From positions 59,004 through 123,003 of the forward strand of contig JACQIB010000002.1 in NCBI GenBank assembly GCA_016198755.1: a stretch of DNA of 64,000 nucleotides. The letters run 5' to 3'. The translations under genes were made by a program, and so were the position numbers. This document shows positions 27,926-38,495 of the stretch, piece by piece; position 1 is the stretch's first letter; every line of letters begins with the position of its first letter. Under the pieces are notes generated by a model. It saw nothing but the letters and a program-made list of their open reading frames with translations, did not search any database and was not told the origin of the DNA. Source of the stretch: Candidatus Aenigmatarchaeota archaeon (GTDB lineage: Archaea; Aenigmatarchaeota; Aenigmatarchaeia; Aenigmatarchaeales; JACQIB01).

Positions 27926-29107
27926 ATGCGCAATCCGGAGTTAATCAGGTTTCTGCCTATTATTGTCATTGTTATAATAGCTCTCATAGCAGGCTGCACA
28001 GGACAAAAAAGTAACGATCCCGTAACAATTGCAAAAGAAACAACTGCAGTGAAAGCTTATCTTTCTGGCGGCGAAGAAGCTGATATTTCGGTGGTTACGG
28101 TTTCAAAAGATGATATTATAAAGCAAAAGGCAACTCTAGATCAGATTTGCAGCATGCAGTTTGAGGAAAAAAAGTATAAAAAGGTAATATTTACAGGTGG
28201 TAATGGTGATGTTGCCGTATGGATAGATACGGATACAAATACTGCTGTTTGTGTTATTGGAACAGATGCTTCTGGGCAAGTTACAGTTGAAAAGCCATCT
28301 ACAACGCTCCCACCTACAACAACTAGCGGAGCGGCCTCAACTACCATCTCAACAACTACTTTAGGCGATTCTAGCAGCAAGAAAGCAGATGGTTCTGCAT
28401 GCAGCATACACGATGATTGTCAGAGCGGATATTGTTTGAACAGTGTATGTGCAACCCCAGGCGGGGCAACAACCACAACAATTGCAGCCGGGATAACAAC
28501 TACCACTGTTGTTGGGGCAACAACCACAACAGTTGGCCAGACAACAACCACAGGGAACACAACAACCACTTTGGGTGGAACAACCACAACCTCAGGCGGA
28601 ACTACTACAACTTCCGGCGGAACAACCACTTCTACTACAGCCGCTGGAACAACCACAACATCTACAACTACCGCCACTACTACCACTTCTACTACTACAA
28701 CAACCAGCACAACAACTACCACATCCACTACAACAACCACAACAGCGCCAGGGCAGCCTGATATTACTATAGCTTTTGTTTCTGCTGCTGGTACTGATGC
28801 AAATCCAGGAATAGGTCTTGGGGAGTCAATTCTTGTTACTTTTAATGTGAACAATGTTGGTAATGGAAGTGCAGGTCAGTTTACTTCACGGGCATCCTTC
28901 CCTGATGGAGATGGCGGAGGAACAAATTGTCAGGTAGTTATAAATTCTCTAGCAGCTGGTGCGACAACACAACGCAGCTGCACTTTCGGAGGCACAAACA
29001 TTCCAGGGAATCACAACATACAGCTTATGGCTGATACACCGGGCGTAATAACAGAATCCAATGAAGGCAACAATAATGACAACAGCGGTACTGCAAACGT
29101 AATGTAA
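27926..29107 (+). CDS. surface lipoprotein with Cys-rich module, long Thr/Gly linker and CARDB domain
   Basis: lipobox IAGC; CSIHDDCQSGYCLNSVC; PDI.I..V.N.G..ESNEGNN. Confidence 0.82.
   Translation: MRNPELIRFLPIIVIVIIALIAGCTGQKSNDPVTIAKETTAVKAYLSGGEEADISVVTVSKDDIIKQKATLDQICSMQFEEKKYKKVIFTGGNGDVAVWIDTDTNTAVCVIGTDASGQVTVEKPSTTLPPTTTSGAASTTISTTTLGDSSSKKADGSACSIHDDCQSGYCLNSVCATPGGATTTTIAAGITTTTVVGATTTTVGQTTTTGNTTTTLGGTTTTSGGTTTTSGGTTTSTTAAGTTTTSTTTATTTTSTTTTTSTTTTTSTTTTTTAPGQPDITIAFVSAAGTDANPGIGLGESILVTFNVNNVGNGSAGQFTSRASFPDGDGGGTNCQVVINSLAAGATTQRSCTFGGTNIPGNHNIQLMADTPGVITESNEGNNNDNSGTANVM
28465..28745 (+). repeat. low-complexity ACN-codon (poly-Thr) repeat region
   Basis: imperfect GGTTTTS/TTTTS units inside the lipoprotein ORF. 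Confidence 0.8.
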
Positions 29108-29123
29108 TTACAATAGAACATTA

Positions 29124-29315
29124 CTAAAGCTTCTTCCTTGTGGCAACCTTTACAACATAGCCGGCAACCTTATTCCTTATATTCTTGCTTTCTATGAGCT
29201 TCAGGCTAGTAATAAAGACCTTATTTCCATCAAAACTGGCGCTTAATTTATCAGGGTACTTTACAAACAGCTCTTCAGCTATGCTCTTTACCCACGTGGA
29301 TCTTATCCTTCCCAT
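29124..29315 (-). CDS. rps17e: 30S ribosomal protein eS17
   Basis: MGRIR..VK..A.EL..F..NK..SK..RNKVAGY. Confidence 0.95.
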   Translation of the reverse strand: MGRIRSTWVKSIAEELFVKYPDKLSASFDGNKVFITSLKLIESKNIRNKVAGYVVKVATRKKL

Positions 29316-29362
29316 AGGAGAGCTTTATCTATCCACAGGCTTAAAAAGCTTGCGTAGGAGGT

Positions 29363-30364
29363 ATGTTTATGGCAATTTATCTAGCAGCAAATCCTTTGGG
29401 AGTATTTGCTGTCTCAGAAGGCAAAATAGTCTGGAAGCTCCTTTTTGGAAAGGACTCATTGCAGGCAGCCAAAAAGCTGAACAGCTGGAAAACGCTCCCT
29501 GAGGTTATTGAGACTATAAAAAGATTTTCGGCCTTAACTGATCAGCCAAATCCGGCTTCAGAATATTTATCCACACATTTGAGGGAAATTGCTCCGGAAG
29601 CAGGATTCAACCCAGGAGAGCTAGGATTATTTTTATCTGCAACTGGTGCAGAGTTATCAAAACTTTCAATAACCTCTACAGAAAGGAGAGATAAAATTAT
29701 TGTTCAGGCTGTTTCAGCACTGAATGATTTAGATAAAATACTAAACCTAAAAACAGAGAGGCTCAGGGAATGGTTTGGCTTGCATTATCCGGAATTTAGC
29801 ATGAGGGACCATGAGAAATTTGTAACTGAAATAATGGCTAAAGGTTCTAGGGAGAAATTTGATAATTATCATGGTTCCCATGGAATAAGTTTTAAAGCTG
29901 AGGATATTTCAACAGTGCAACTCTATGCCACAGCACTTCGCACAGACTATGAATTAAGGAAAAAGCTCGAAGCATATCTGGCTGTTATGGTAAAAGAAGA
30001 GATGCCAAATACAACAGCACTTTTAGGAACTTTATTGGCTGCGCGTTTACTTGCTCAGGCAGGAGCATTGGAGAAATTGGCAAAGATGAGTTCCAGCACT
30101 ATCCAGCTTTTGGGTGCTGAGAAAGCTTTATTCAGGTTTATGAAAGCGCGGGGGCGCGAGAAGGTAAAAGCTCCGAAATTTGGAATTTTATTTACTCATC
30201 CAGATGTTTCTGGAGCTCCAAGGGATAAACAGGGTAAAATAGCAAGGCTTTTGTCAAGCAAGCTTACAATAGCTGCCCGCGCAGATTTTTATAGTAAGGA
30301 AAATAAAGGGGAAGCTTTGCTGAAAGAGTACAAAGAAAAGGTAGCAGAAGCACTGAGGGAGTGA
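29363..30364 (+). CDS. nop5: C/D box sRNP protein Nop5
   Basis: ERLREWFGLHYPE, STIQLLGAEKALF, PK.G..F.HP, GKIAR.L..K..IAARAD. Confidence 0.93.
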   Translation: MFMAIYLAANPLGVFAVSEGKIVWKLLFGKDSLQAAKKLNSWKTLPEVIETIKRFSALTDQPNPASEYLSTHLREIAPEAGFNPGELGLFLSATGAELSKLSITSTERRDKIIVQAVSALNDLDKILNLKTERLREWFGLHYPEFSMRDHEKFVTEIMAKGSREKFDNYHGSHGISFKAEDISTVQLYATALRTDYELRKKLEAYLAVMVKEEMPNTTALLGTLLAARLLAQAGALEKLAKMSSSTIQLLGAEKALFRFMKARGREKVKAPKFGILFTHPDVSGAPRDKQGKIARLLSSKLTIAARADFYSKENKGEALLKEYKEKVAEALRE

Positions 30365-30365
30365 A

Positions 30366-31010
30366 ATGGGAGCGCAAGAGAAGTTCCCAGGGGTTTCTAT
30401 AGTAAACGGTAGACTGGCTGTTAATGCAAATCACAGTTTTTTCGGGGAGATTGTTGAAAAAGGTTATAGATTCTGGGATCCTAACAGGAGCAAGCTAGGA
30501 GCTGCTCTTATGAAAGGTCTGAAAGAGCTTCCAATAAAGTTTGGCAGTTCTGTTCTCTATCTTGGAGCAGCGCACGGTTTTACAACAAGCTTTATTTCTG
30601 ATATTGTTGGTTCTGCCGGAATAATTTATGCGGTTGAGTTTTCAGAACGCTGCTTTAAAGAATTACTACCAATAGCAGAAAAGCTGAAGAATGTGGTTCC
30701 AATAAAGGGCGATGCGCGCATGCCAGAAACTTATTCATGGATAGAAAAGATGGATGTTGTATACTGTGATATAGCAGACCCTCAGCAGACTGAAGTTGCT
30801 ATCAGAAACTGCTCTGCTTTCCTTAAACCCAAAGGCTATTTGATGATAGCAATAAAAACCCAGAGCATAGATGTGACTGCACAGCCTGCGACAGTTGCAC
30901 AAGCAGAAGCAGATAAACTTAGGAAAGCAGGCTTTGACGTTCTTGAGGTTTTGAATTTAGAGCCTTTTGAAGAGAAGCACTATTTTATTGTGGCACGCTC
31001 CCGTGCCTGA
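30366..31010 (+). CDS. flpA: fibrillarin-like rRNA/tRNA 2'-O-methyltransferase
   Basis: YRFWDPNRSKL.AA, VLYLGAA.G.T.S, YAVEFS, DAR.P, L.PFE..H. Confidence 0.95.
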   Translation: MGAQEKFPGVSIVNGRLAVNANHSFFGEIVEKGYRFWDPNRSKLGAALMKGLKELPIKFGSSVLYLGAAHGFTTSFISDIVGSAGIIYAVEFSERCFKELLPIAEKLKNVVPIKGDARMPETYSWIEKMDVVYCDIADPQQTEVAIRNCSAFLKPKGYLMIAIKTQSIDVTAQPATVAQAEADKLRKAGFDVLEVLNLEPFEEKHYFIVARSRA

Positions 31011-32163
31011 GAAAACTTTTTACAGTTTTCTGCTCCTTCAAAATCCTGAACAGTTTGCTTTCCATTTTCCATTTGTCCTTTGTTAAACACTTTTGTGTAA
31101 TGCTGCTGAAAGCTTTCTCCAGTGTTTCAAATTTCTCTGCAGGCTTTTCAAAAGCCCCCCTTACAATCTCTCTTACTTTCCAAACCCCAACAGGGGCATA
31201 ATATTCCGGAGTTATCTCCCGCACAATTATTATTGAGGCAGATTTCTTGATTTTTTCCAAATATTCCAGCACAGGAAGGCGCGAAGCATAGAACCCGCCT
31301 CCTGTAGAGGATGCATAGGTTTTCCTTCCCCAATAAGGTTCATAGTCTTTTGAAACCGAGATTTTTGTCTTGTCCAAATCATACAGTTCAATAAGTTCAA
31401 ACTGGTAAGTTCCAGGAACCAATAAAATCTGGAACTTGTTCCCAATATACTCGTTCCTGAAAAGCAAAACCTCTTCCAAAGGTTCGTATTGCCTTACATT
31501 AGCTAACATTATCTTCCCAAGAATATCATCCACACCCGTAATAGACCAGCGGGTTGGAACAAGCTTCCTCTCTAGTTTAGAGCCAAGTAGACCAACAGAA
31601 AAAATCTTTTGAATAGAACTTATTGGTATGCTCTTGTAAAGCTCTGAAACAGCCTGCACGGTTTTTAGGTCTGTGTCAGAAACAATATAGTCCACTTTCT
31701 TTTCCACAGACGGATTGCTGGCAAGCCTGACATTTTCCAATGGAGCAGGATTGCCAACAGGTGCAAAATATTCATTGAAAGTAAACTTGAACTCAGGCTT
31801 ACTTTTTAGTTCCACCTCAATATCCACCTGTTTCCTGCTCATTGCAACTTCTTTTACAACATCCATTAGCTTTGTTTCAACCCTTACTGTAGGAACTTTA
31901 AATCTGGAATAAATCATCTGCCCACGAAAATTCAGTATCTGTTCTATACTAACATTCTGTTTATACCAGCTTTCAGGCGAGTCCAGAATATTTGCATCCT
32001 GAAGCTGCTGTGGTGGAGACAGGAGACCAACAAAAACCTTTGGATAGAACGCTTTCCCAACAAAAACACTCGGTGGGCTCGTGCCTGTAAAGTCTTTTAC
32101 ACTTTCAATAGTCTTCTGCCAGAACCTTATCTTATCCATGTACTTAGAATAGTCAACTTGCAT
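30985..32163 (-). CDS. nreA: Nre-family DNA repair protein
   Basis: SPPSVFVG..YPKV, RKLVPTRWSIT.VDD, GG.YA.RL, Y.APVGVW.VRE, C-terminal PIP-like QKTVKSF. Confidence 0.9.
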   Translation of the reverse strand: MQVDYSKYMDKIRFWQKTIESVKDFTGTSPPSVFVGKAFYPKVFVGLLSPPQQLQDANILDSPESWYKQNVSIEQILNFRGQMIYSRFKVPTVRVETKLMDVVKEVAMSRKQVDIEVELKSKPEFKFTFNEYFAPVGNPAPLENVRLASNPSVEKKVDYIVSDTDLKTVQAVSELYKSIPISSIQKIFSVGLLGSKLERKLVPTRWSITGVDDILGKIMLANVRQYEPLEEVLLFRNEYIGNKFQILLVPGTYQFELIELYDLDKTKISVSKDYEPYWGRKTYASSTGGGFYASRLPVLEYLEKIKKSASIIIVREITPEYYAPVGVWKVREIVRGAFEKPAEKFETLEKAFSSITQKCLTKDKWKMESKLFRILKEQKTVKSFLRHGSVPQ

Positions 32164-32188
32164 ACCAGAGCTTTGCTTCCAAACAGCT

Positions 32189-33166
32189 TTAAGCTTTTTC
32201 GTGCTTCACAAGATGTTTCCTGACCCTTTTCAGGAACAGTTCAATATCTGAAACTTTTGCACCGGCTGCAACAGGATGACCACCCCCTTTGCCTATACCG
32301 CGTGCAGCTGACTTGAAAACTTTCCCAAGATCAATATTTTTATTTGGAGCCCGTCCGCTAACCCTATATCCATCCCTGCTTTTGCTGTATAAAATAATAG
32401 CCCTTTTCGGGTACAAATCAGATAGTTTTGTTGAGAGAATAGAAGTTATATGGACTCTGCTCTTTACCTGAAACAGACTTAATTTTGATTCAGGCAGCTG
32501 GGAAAATACAGCTATCTGTTTTTCTATCTCAGCTGAAACCTTCTTTTTCATTTCCATATAGTCTGGATTTTCTATAACATCTTTTGTACCAGAAGCATTA
32601 GAAAGGAAAACGCAAAGATTTATCATTAGTTCAGGATTGTCCATTGCTTTCACAGCATTTATTGTATCCACAGCTTCTATCTCCAACTTCGTTCCTTCAA
32701 TCTCATGATCGCCTATTGCTCCAAGCTTCATCAGCCATTCAAATCCTTCAAAACCTGTAGCTTTTGTAATGTCGTAAATGTTATGTGAAGTGGAAATATA
32801 GGCTTTCTTGTCAAAAAGGCGCGGGTTCCAGAAAACAAATCCCTTTTTGTTAAAATCAATTGCAGGCGGATGATGATCCACAACCAAACATTTCCCCACG
32901 AAAGGCTTAAGGAATTTTAATTCATCAAATGCATAATCCAAGAAAATTGCAAAATCCACCTTCTCCTTCCCATAAGCTTCAAAAACATAGTCATCCTTAT
33001 TTCCAGTATTAAGTGAAAAGTATACTCCTTTCAGTTTTTTAAGGAAAGCAAGTGTTATTGCACCAGAGCAAACGCCATCACAATCCATATCAAAGAAAAT
33101 TCCAACTTTACCCTTTGCATTTTTCAGGAAATTCACAGAATTCTTGAAAATAACGTCTTTATTCAT
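32189..33166 (-). CDS. DHH/DHHA1 phosphoesterase (RecJ-like)
   Basis: DMDCDG, FLD, DHH, GGGHPVAAG. Confidence 0.88.
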   Translation of the reverse strand: MNKDVIFKNSVNFLKNAKGKVGIFFDMDCDGVCSGAITLAFLKKLKGVYFSLNTGNKDDYVFEAYGKEKVDFAIFLDYAFDELKFLKPFVGKCLVVDHHPPAIDFNKKGFVFWNPRLFDKKAYISTSHNIYDITKATGFEGFEWLMKLGAIGDHEIEGTKLEIEAVDTINAVKAMDNPELMINLCVFLSNASGTKDVIENPDYMEMKKKVSAEIEKQIAVFSQLPESKLSLFQVKSRVHITSILSTKLSDLYPKRAIILYSKSRDGYRVSGRAPNKNIDLGKVFKSAARGIGKGGGHPVAAGAKVSDIELFLKRVRKHLVKHEKA

Positions 33167-33764
33167 CCTTTGCCTCCTCCTTTGCTTTCATTAACAGTAC
33201 TTGGAGAGGGTTAGGAGTTCCATGAACATGGCTCTCTACAGCAGAGTCTATAACATCAGCATAGTAAACCAGCATACCCTCTATTGTTCTTGGATTTGCA
33301 GCACTAGATCCCTGATCTCCTCCATGCGCAGCAACTATATGTATAACTTCTTCAGGAAACCCGCGTGCATACAGCTCAGCAGCAGAGAAAAAGCCATGGT
33401 CAAGATTTGTTCCAGTAAATCCCCATCCCTTTGCCTCTTTCTTTATAATAAAACACTTCATTATGTCATGCAGCAAAGCTCCTGAAATTAAATGATCCTT
33501 ATTTACCTTTATTCCATACGTCTTTTCAAAGTGCTCAGCCAAACCCAGAGCAATCCTTACAATACTAACTGTATGATCCAGCTCCCCTCCTGTATACGAA
33601 TGGTGAGAACCTACAGCCCATGCTGGTATTTCATCAAACCTTGCTGCAGGATATGTTATTTCAGGGTTTGAAACCGCAGGTTTTTTTAATAGTTCAGTTG
33701 TTTTCTCCCTCAAATTCTTATCCTTTATTTTTCCAGCCAGCTCAAATAGTTCTTTCATACTCAT
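33159..33764 (-). CDS. HD-domain phosphohydrolase (YhaM-like HD)
   Basis: HHSY.GG..DHT, GALLHDIMK, H..AHG, P.T.E..V.YAD. Confidence 0.85.
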   Translation of the reverse strand: MSMKELFELAGKIKDKNLREKTTELLKKPAVSNPEITYPAARFDEIPAWAVGSHHSYTGGELDHTVSIVRIALGLAEHFEKTYGIKVNKDHLISGALLHDIMKCFIIKKEAKGWGFTGTNLDHGFFSAAELYARGFPEEVIHIVAAHGGDQGSSAANPRTIEGMLVYYADVIDSAVESHVHGTPNPLQVLLMKAKEEAKDE

Positions 33765-36742
33765 TTTCTTACACCAAACCTGTATTTTTTCTCTTCAAAT
33801 TCCAGTTCAAATTCCTTTCCTTCCAGCTTTCCAAACCTAAGTTTACTTCCTGTTGCCTCTTCCAATCTTTTTTCCTGCCCCTTAAATTCCTTCCCCTCTA
33901 TGCTCAGGAAAACTTTATCCCCTATTTTCATTCCCATCTCTTTCCTCGCAGCCTGTACAGCTCTTATGAACTCTCTTATCAGCCACTCTTCCTTTAGCTT
34001 TTCTGAAACTTTTGTTTCAAGGAATATCTTTCCTCCTGGGAAAGAAAAGCCCTCTTCAGAAACTTCCCTGAAAATAACATCTCCCTTATCTACTTCCAAT
34101 CCAGAAACCTTTACCCTTCCTTTTTCCAGTTCTTTCTTTAGTTTTTCGCCATCAATATTCAACAAACCCTCTGCCAGCCTTTTAACATTAGACCCAAACT
34201 TTTTACCTGCAACAGAATAATTCGGCTTAATATCATAAGTTACAGAAGCAGTTCCATACCCTACTTTTTCAACATTAACAAGGCTTTCTATAAATTTCTC
34301 AACAGTTTTTAGTTTCTTTACAACTGCTGGCTGGGCAGCAATCTTTAGCTCAGGAAGCAGATACTTTAATTTAATTCCCTGAGCTGCTCTTGCTTCATTT
34401 GCAGTCTCTACAACATGTAAAGCAAGTTCTATACTCTCCTCAAGTTCTTTGTTTACCTTTCCTGTTTTTGGCCAACCCTCGAAGTGTATACTTCCTTTTT
34501 TTCTGTTTTCCATATAGTAATGTTCTGATATGTGGGGCAGAGCAGGAGCTAAAAGTGTTATAAGAGAATTGTATACAGTATTTAAGACAGCTGAAACAGA
34601 ATCTTTTTCCCTCCCTTTAATTCTGTCTCTTACAAGTTTTATGTAAACTCTGCTAAGATCCTCCAGTGCAAACTTTCTAATTTCCTGCAAAGCTTGAAAT
34701 CCTCTGTAATTTTCCATTATATCAGATGTTCTCAAAATCAGACTATTCAATCTCGAAATAATCCACTCATCCTCAATTTTTAGTCCTTTAAGCTTTTTGT
34801 TCCCAGAGCAATAGGTTTTAATGAATGTGTATAGGTTTTGTATGCTTAGGAAAAAATCCATGGATTTTTCAACTTCTGCCCAGTCAAATTTTATATCTTC
34901 TGCAGGGTCTTTTGAGAGCAGGTAAAATCTTAACACATCCCTTCCATACCTTTCTATAACATCTGCAGGCGAAACAATGTTCCCCAGAGATTTACTCATC
35001 TTTATTCCCTTAGCATCTAAAACCATACCATGATATACAACAGTTTTGAACGGAATATAGCCCAAAGTCATTATTCCAGTGATTGATTCTGCATTCCACC
35101 AGCCTCTAAATTGGTCTGCTCCCTCCAGCTCAAACTCTACCTTTTTTCCAAGCTTTTCAAAAAGTTTCTTATCATTTGGATAATTCAAGCTGGCCCATGG
35201 AGCAACCCCAGCATCAAACCATACATCCAGAACATCCAGAACCCTGTTCATTGTAGAGCCGCATTTACACCTTAATTTTACCTTGTCTATAAACGGTCTG
35301 TGCAAGTCTTTTAGTTTAACAGGCAACTCCTTTGATGAACCTATAATCTTTACTTCAGAACAAACGTTACATGTCCATATTGGCAAAGGTATACCCCAAT
35401 ATCTCTGCCTTGAAACAGGCCAGTCTCCCAATCCATGCAGCCAGTCATCAAACCTTTTTCCTGCCCAGTCAGGCACCCAAGTCACTTCTTTATTCTGTTC
35501 AATTAACTTGTCCCTTATTGCAGAAACCTTAAAAAACCACTGCGGAACTGAAATCAAAATCAACGGGTTTTTGCACCTCCAGCATATTGGATAGCTATGT
35601 TTTATCTTTCCCTGCATAACCAGTGCTCCAGCTCCTTTCAAATCAGCCAGAATCTCATCATCAGCATCTTTAACATATTTTCCCGCATATTTTCCAGAAT
35701 TCTGAACAAACTTTCCATCCAGTCCAACAGGGCATAAAACAGATAATTTATTTTCCTGAGCAACCTTAAAGTCTTCCTTTCCATGCCCAGGAGCTGAATG
35801 AACCAGTCCTGTTCCCTCATCCAATGAAACATATTGCGCAGAGCAAACCACTCTCCTGTCCACACCTTTTTGCTGCGGCACAAATTCTATTAAAGGGCTC
35901 TCGTATCTTAACCCTTCCAATTCCTTTCCTTTAACAGTTTTCAAAACCTTAAAATCAATACTAAACAGCTCTGTTAGTTTTGGAACAAGCTTTTCAGCAA
36001 CAATCCAAACCTCATTGCCAGCTTTTACTTTTGCATAAGAAAACTCTGGGTTAACCATTATACCTGTGTTTGAAGGCAAAGTCCATGGAGTTGTCGTGTA
36101 AATAACCAAATATTCATTCTGTCCCCTAACCCTGAACTTTACATAAACAACAGGGTCCTCCAAATCCGTATATTCTATTTCATTATAGGCAACAGCCGTG
36201 GCACAATGAGAACAGGCATGCACAGGATAAATTCCCTTGTATAATAACCCCTTTTCAAATCCTTTCTTGAAAGTAAACCAAGCACCTTCAATATAACTAT
36301 TATTCAAAGTAAGGTAAGGCTTATTCCAGTCCATCCAAATCCCTAAATTATGGAAATCTTTGTTCATTTTTTCTATATGTTCTGTTACAAAATTTCTGCA
36401 TTCAAAATTGAACTTTTCTATACCAAATTTTTCAATATCCTCCTTTGACTTGAATCCCAATTTCTTTTCAACCTTATTTTCTATTGGAAGACCATGCGTG
36501 TCATACCCAGGCTGGCTCCAAACTGAAAATCCCTGCATTCTCCAGAATCGTATATAGAAATCCTTGAGTACTTTGTTAATTGCTGTACCCATATGTATGG
36601 CTCCTGAAGCATACGGAGGTCCATCAAGAAAATAGAAAGGTTTTCCTTTAGCTTCCAGCGCTTTCTTTTCTATACCTTCTTTTTTCCAGTATTCCCTGAC
36701 CTTTTCTTCCATCTCCCTTATATCCATACCTTTCACTTCCAT
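33761..36742 (-). CDS. ileS: isoleucine--tRNA ligase
   Basis: DGPPYASG.IHMG, GYDTHGLPIE, TTTPWTLP, GTGLVH.APGHG, SRQRYWG.P, DQFRGW, KMSKS. Confidence 0.97.
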   Translation of the reverse strand: MEVKGMDIREMEEKVREYWKKEGIEKKALEAKGKPFYFLDGPPYASGAIHMGTAINKVLKDFYIRFWRMQGFSVWSQPGYDTHGLPIENKVEKKLGFKSKEDIEKFGIEKFNFECRNFVTEHIEKMNKDFHNLGIWMDWNKPYLTLNNSYIEGAWFTFKKGFEKGLLYKGIYPVHACSHCATAVAYNEIEYTDLEDPVVYVKFRVRGQNEYLVIYTTTPWTLPSNTGIMVNPEFSYAKVKAGNEVWIVAEKLVPKLTELFSIDFKVLKTVKGKELEGLRYESPLIEFVPQQKGVDRRVVCSAQYVSLDEGTGLVHSAPGHGKEDFKVAQENKLSVLCPVGLDGKFVQNSGKYAGKYVKDADDEILADLKGAGALVMQGKIKHSYPICWRCKNPLILISVPQWFFKVSAIRDKLIEQNKEVTWVPDWAGKRFDDWLHGLGDWPVSRQRYWGIPLPIWTCNVCSEVKIIGSSKELPVKLKDLHRPFIDKVKLRCKCGSTMNRVLDVLDVWFDAGVAPWASLNYPNDKKLFEKLGKKVEFELEGADQFRGWWNAESITGIMTLGYIPFKTVVYHGMVLDAKGIKMSKSLGNIVSPADVIERYGRDVLRFYLLSKDPAEDIKFDWAEVEKSMDFFLSIQNLYTFIKTYCSGNKKLKGLKIEDEWIISRLNSLILRTSDIMENYRGFQALQEIRKFALEDLSRVYIKLVRDRIKGREKDSVSAVLNTVYNSLITLLAPALPHISEHYYMENRKKGSIHFEGWPKTGKVNKELEESIELALHVVETANEARAAQGIKLKYLLPELKIAAQPAVVKKLKTVEKFIESLVNVEKVGYGTASVTYDIKPNYSVAGKKFGSNVKRLAEGLLNIDGEKLKKELEKGRVKVSGLEVDKGDVIFREVSEEGFSFPGGKIFLETKVSEKLKEEWLIREFIRAVQAARKEMGMKIGDKVFLSIEGKEFKGQEKRLEEATGSKLRFGKLEGKEFELEFEEKKYRFGVRK

Positions 36743-36833
36743 AAACTTTCTATTTTCAGCTTAAAAACCTTCTATACAACAGCTTTGGTGCAAAAGCCTT
36801 AAATTCAAGCTAATACCAAAGATTTTGAAGAAA

Positions 36834-37730
36834 ATGAAGTATGTGATGGTTTCAGACTTGAAAACAAAGGGAAAGTTCAAGCTATTCCCAGCTACAGCCT
36901 ATTCTATATCGCCCTTTGATCATGGTGTTTTGTATGGGGACGGAATTTTTGAAGGTATAAGGATTTACAACGGGAGAATTTTTAAACTAAAGGAACACCT
37001 AAACAGGCTCTGGAAATCATCTGCCTATATTGGAATGAAAGTACCTTTTTCCAAAGAACAGCTCTCAAAAGCCGTAGCAAGTTTAGCAAGAAAAAATAAA
37101 ATCTTGAATGGCTATTGCAGGCTTGTGGTTACAAGAGGAATAGGGGATTTGGGAATAAACCCCAAAAAATGTTCTATACCAACAACCTTTATTGTGGTAG
37201 ACCAAATAGCTCTCTACCCGAAGGAGTTTTATGAACAGGGTTTGCCAGTATCCATATCTAGCATACCAAAGATACCTAGGGAGTGTTTAAATCCAAATGC
37301 AAAGATTTGTCATTATGAAAACAATATATTATCAATGGCAGAAGCGCTAAAGAAGGGGGCGAGAGAGGCTATAATGCTGGATCTCAATGGCAATGTAACA
37401 GAGTGCACAGGAGACAATATTTTCCTTGTTTTCGGAAATACTTTGTACACACCAACAACAAGAAATATATTGGCTGGAATAACAAGGGAGACTGTTATTG
37501 GAATGACAAGGAAAATGGGGCTCAAGGTAAAGGAAAGGGATATTAAGCCCGCGGAGCTTTTCAGGGCAGATGAAGTGTTTTTAACAGGAACTGGAGCTGA
37601 GATTGTTCCTGTAAACAAGATAGACGGCAGGAAAATTGGAAGAGGGAATGCAGGTCCAATAACACTGAAAATACTCCGCAGGTTCAGGGCAGAAACCTTA
37701 AATCCTAAAAACAGCTATCCTATCCAGTGA
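36834..37730 (+). CDS. ilvE: branched-chain amino acid aminotransferase (class IV PLP)
   Basis: DHG.LYGDG.FEG.R, AK..HY, E..G.N.F, LAGITR, ADE.FLTGT.AE. Confidence 0.93.
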   Translation: MKYVMVSDLKTKGKFKLFPATAYSISPFDHGVLYGDGIFEGIRIYNGRIFKLKEHLNRLWKSSAYIGMKVPFSKEQLSKAVASLARKNKILNGYCRLVVTRGIGDLGINPKKCSIPTTFIVVDQIALYPKEFYEQGLPVSISSIPKIPRECLNPNAKICHYENNILSMAEALKKGAREAIMLDLNGNVTECTGDNIFLVFGNTLYTPTTRNILAGITRETVIGMTRKMGLKVKERDIKPAELFRADEVFLTGTGAEIVPVNKIDGRKIGRGNAGPITLKILRRFRAETLNPKNSYPIQ

Positions 37731-38173
37731 TTTATGTGGAATGCGAACTATGCGGGAGGGCAGGTGCTGATAAAAGGGCTGAAGTTGAAGGTGCTGTTCT
37801 GAATGTTTGTGAGCGTTGTTCATCCCTTGGAAAAGACCTTACTCCGGTTCAAATAACACAAGTCAATAAAAAGCCTGTTCCAAAACTACCTGACGAGTTA
37901 GAAGTTTCTGTTATTCCGAATTTTTCTGATATTATAAGGAAAACAAGGGAAAAGAAAAATCTTACACAGCAGCAGCTTGCAGCCAATATAAAGGAAACAA
38001 TGTCTTCCTTAAGAAGAATAGAAGAAGGCTGGGAACCTCCTTTAACTGTTTTACAAAAGATTGAAAGGGAACTGAGCATAAGGTTGTTGGAGCGGGTTTC
38101 AGCAGGCAAATCAACGGCTTTAGCTAAGAAACCCAAGCTAACAATTGGCGATATGATAGAAGTGAAAGTATGA
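37727..38173 (+). CDS. mbf1: archaeal multiprotein bridging factor aMBF1
   Basis: CELCG..VEGA.L.VC..C zinc ribbon, HTH, LTIGD tail. Confidence 0.92.
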   Translation: MIYVECELCGRAGADKRAEVEGAVLNVCERCSSLGKDLTPVQITQVNKKPVPKLPDELEVSVIPNFSDIIRKTREKKNLTQQQLAANIKETMSSLRRIEEGWEPPLTVLQKIERELSIRLLERVSAGKSTALAKKPKLTIGDMIEVKV

Positions 38174-38448
38174 CAACAGTCCATGTTCTTGTTTATGGCA
38201 GGGTGCAGGGAGTGGGATTCCGCAATTTTGTTGAGGGAAAAGCAAAAGACTTTAAAATACAGGGTTGGGTGCGCAACCTTTCCAATGGTTCAGTGGAAGC
38301 TGTTTTACAGGGTTCAGATTCTGCTGTAAACAGGCTTATTGCTGAATGCAAGAAGGGACCTTTCCTTGCTTTAGTAGACAAGATTGTTGCAAGAACAATT
38401 CCTGAAAAGGAACAGTTTTCTAATTTTCAGGTTCTTTCCACAAAGTAA
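38170..38448 (+). CDS. acyP: acylphosphatase
   Basis: GRVQGVGFR, GWVRN..GSVE. Confidence 0.95.
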   Translation: MTTVHVLVYGRVQGVGFRNFVEGKAKDFKIQGWVRNLSNGSVEAVLQGSDSAVNRLIAECKKGPFLALVDKIVARTIPEKEQFSNFQVLSTK

Positions 38449-38495
38449 GTTGGGGGTTCAATAACTTTAAAAGCTTGCTGACTAAAGCCTTTTCC

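Noticed and set aside
28417-28854. Asn/His-rich, Gln-rich and Val-rich ORFs
   Set aside because: These are alternative-frame and antisense readings of the poly-Thr linker.
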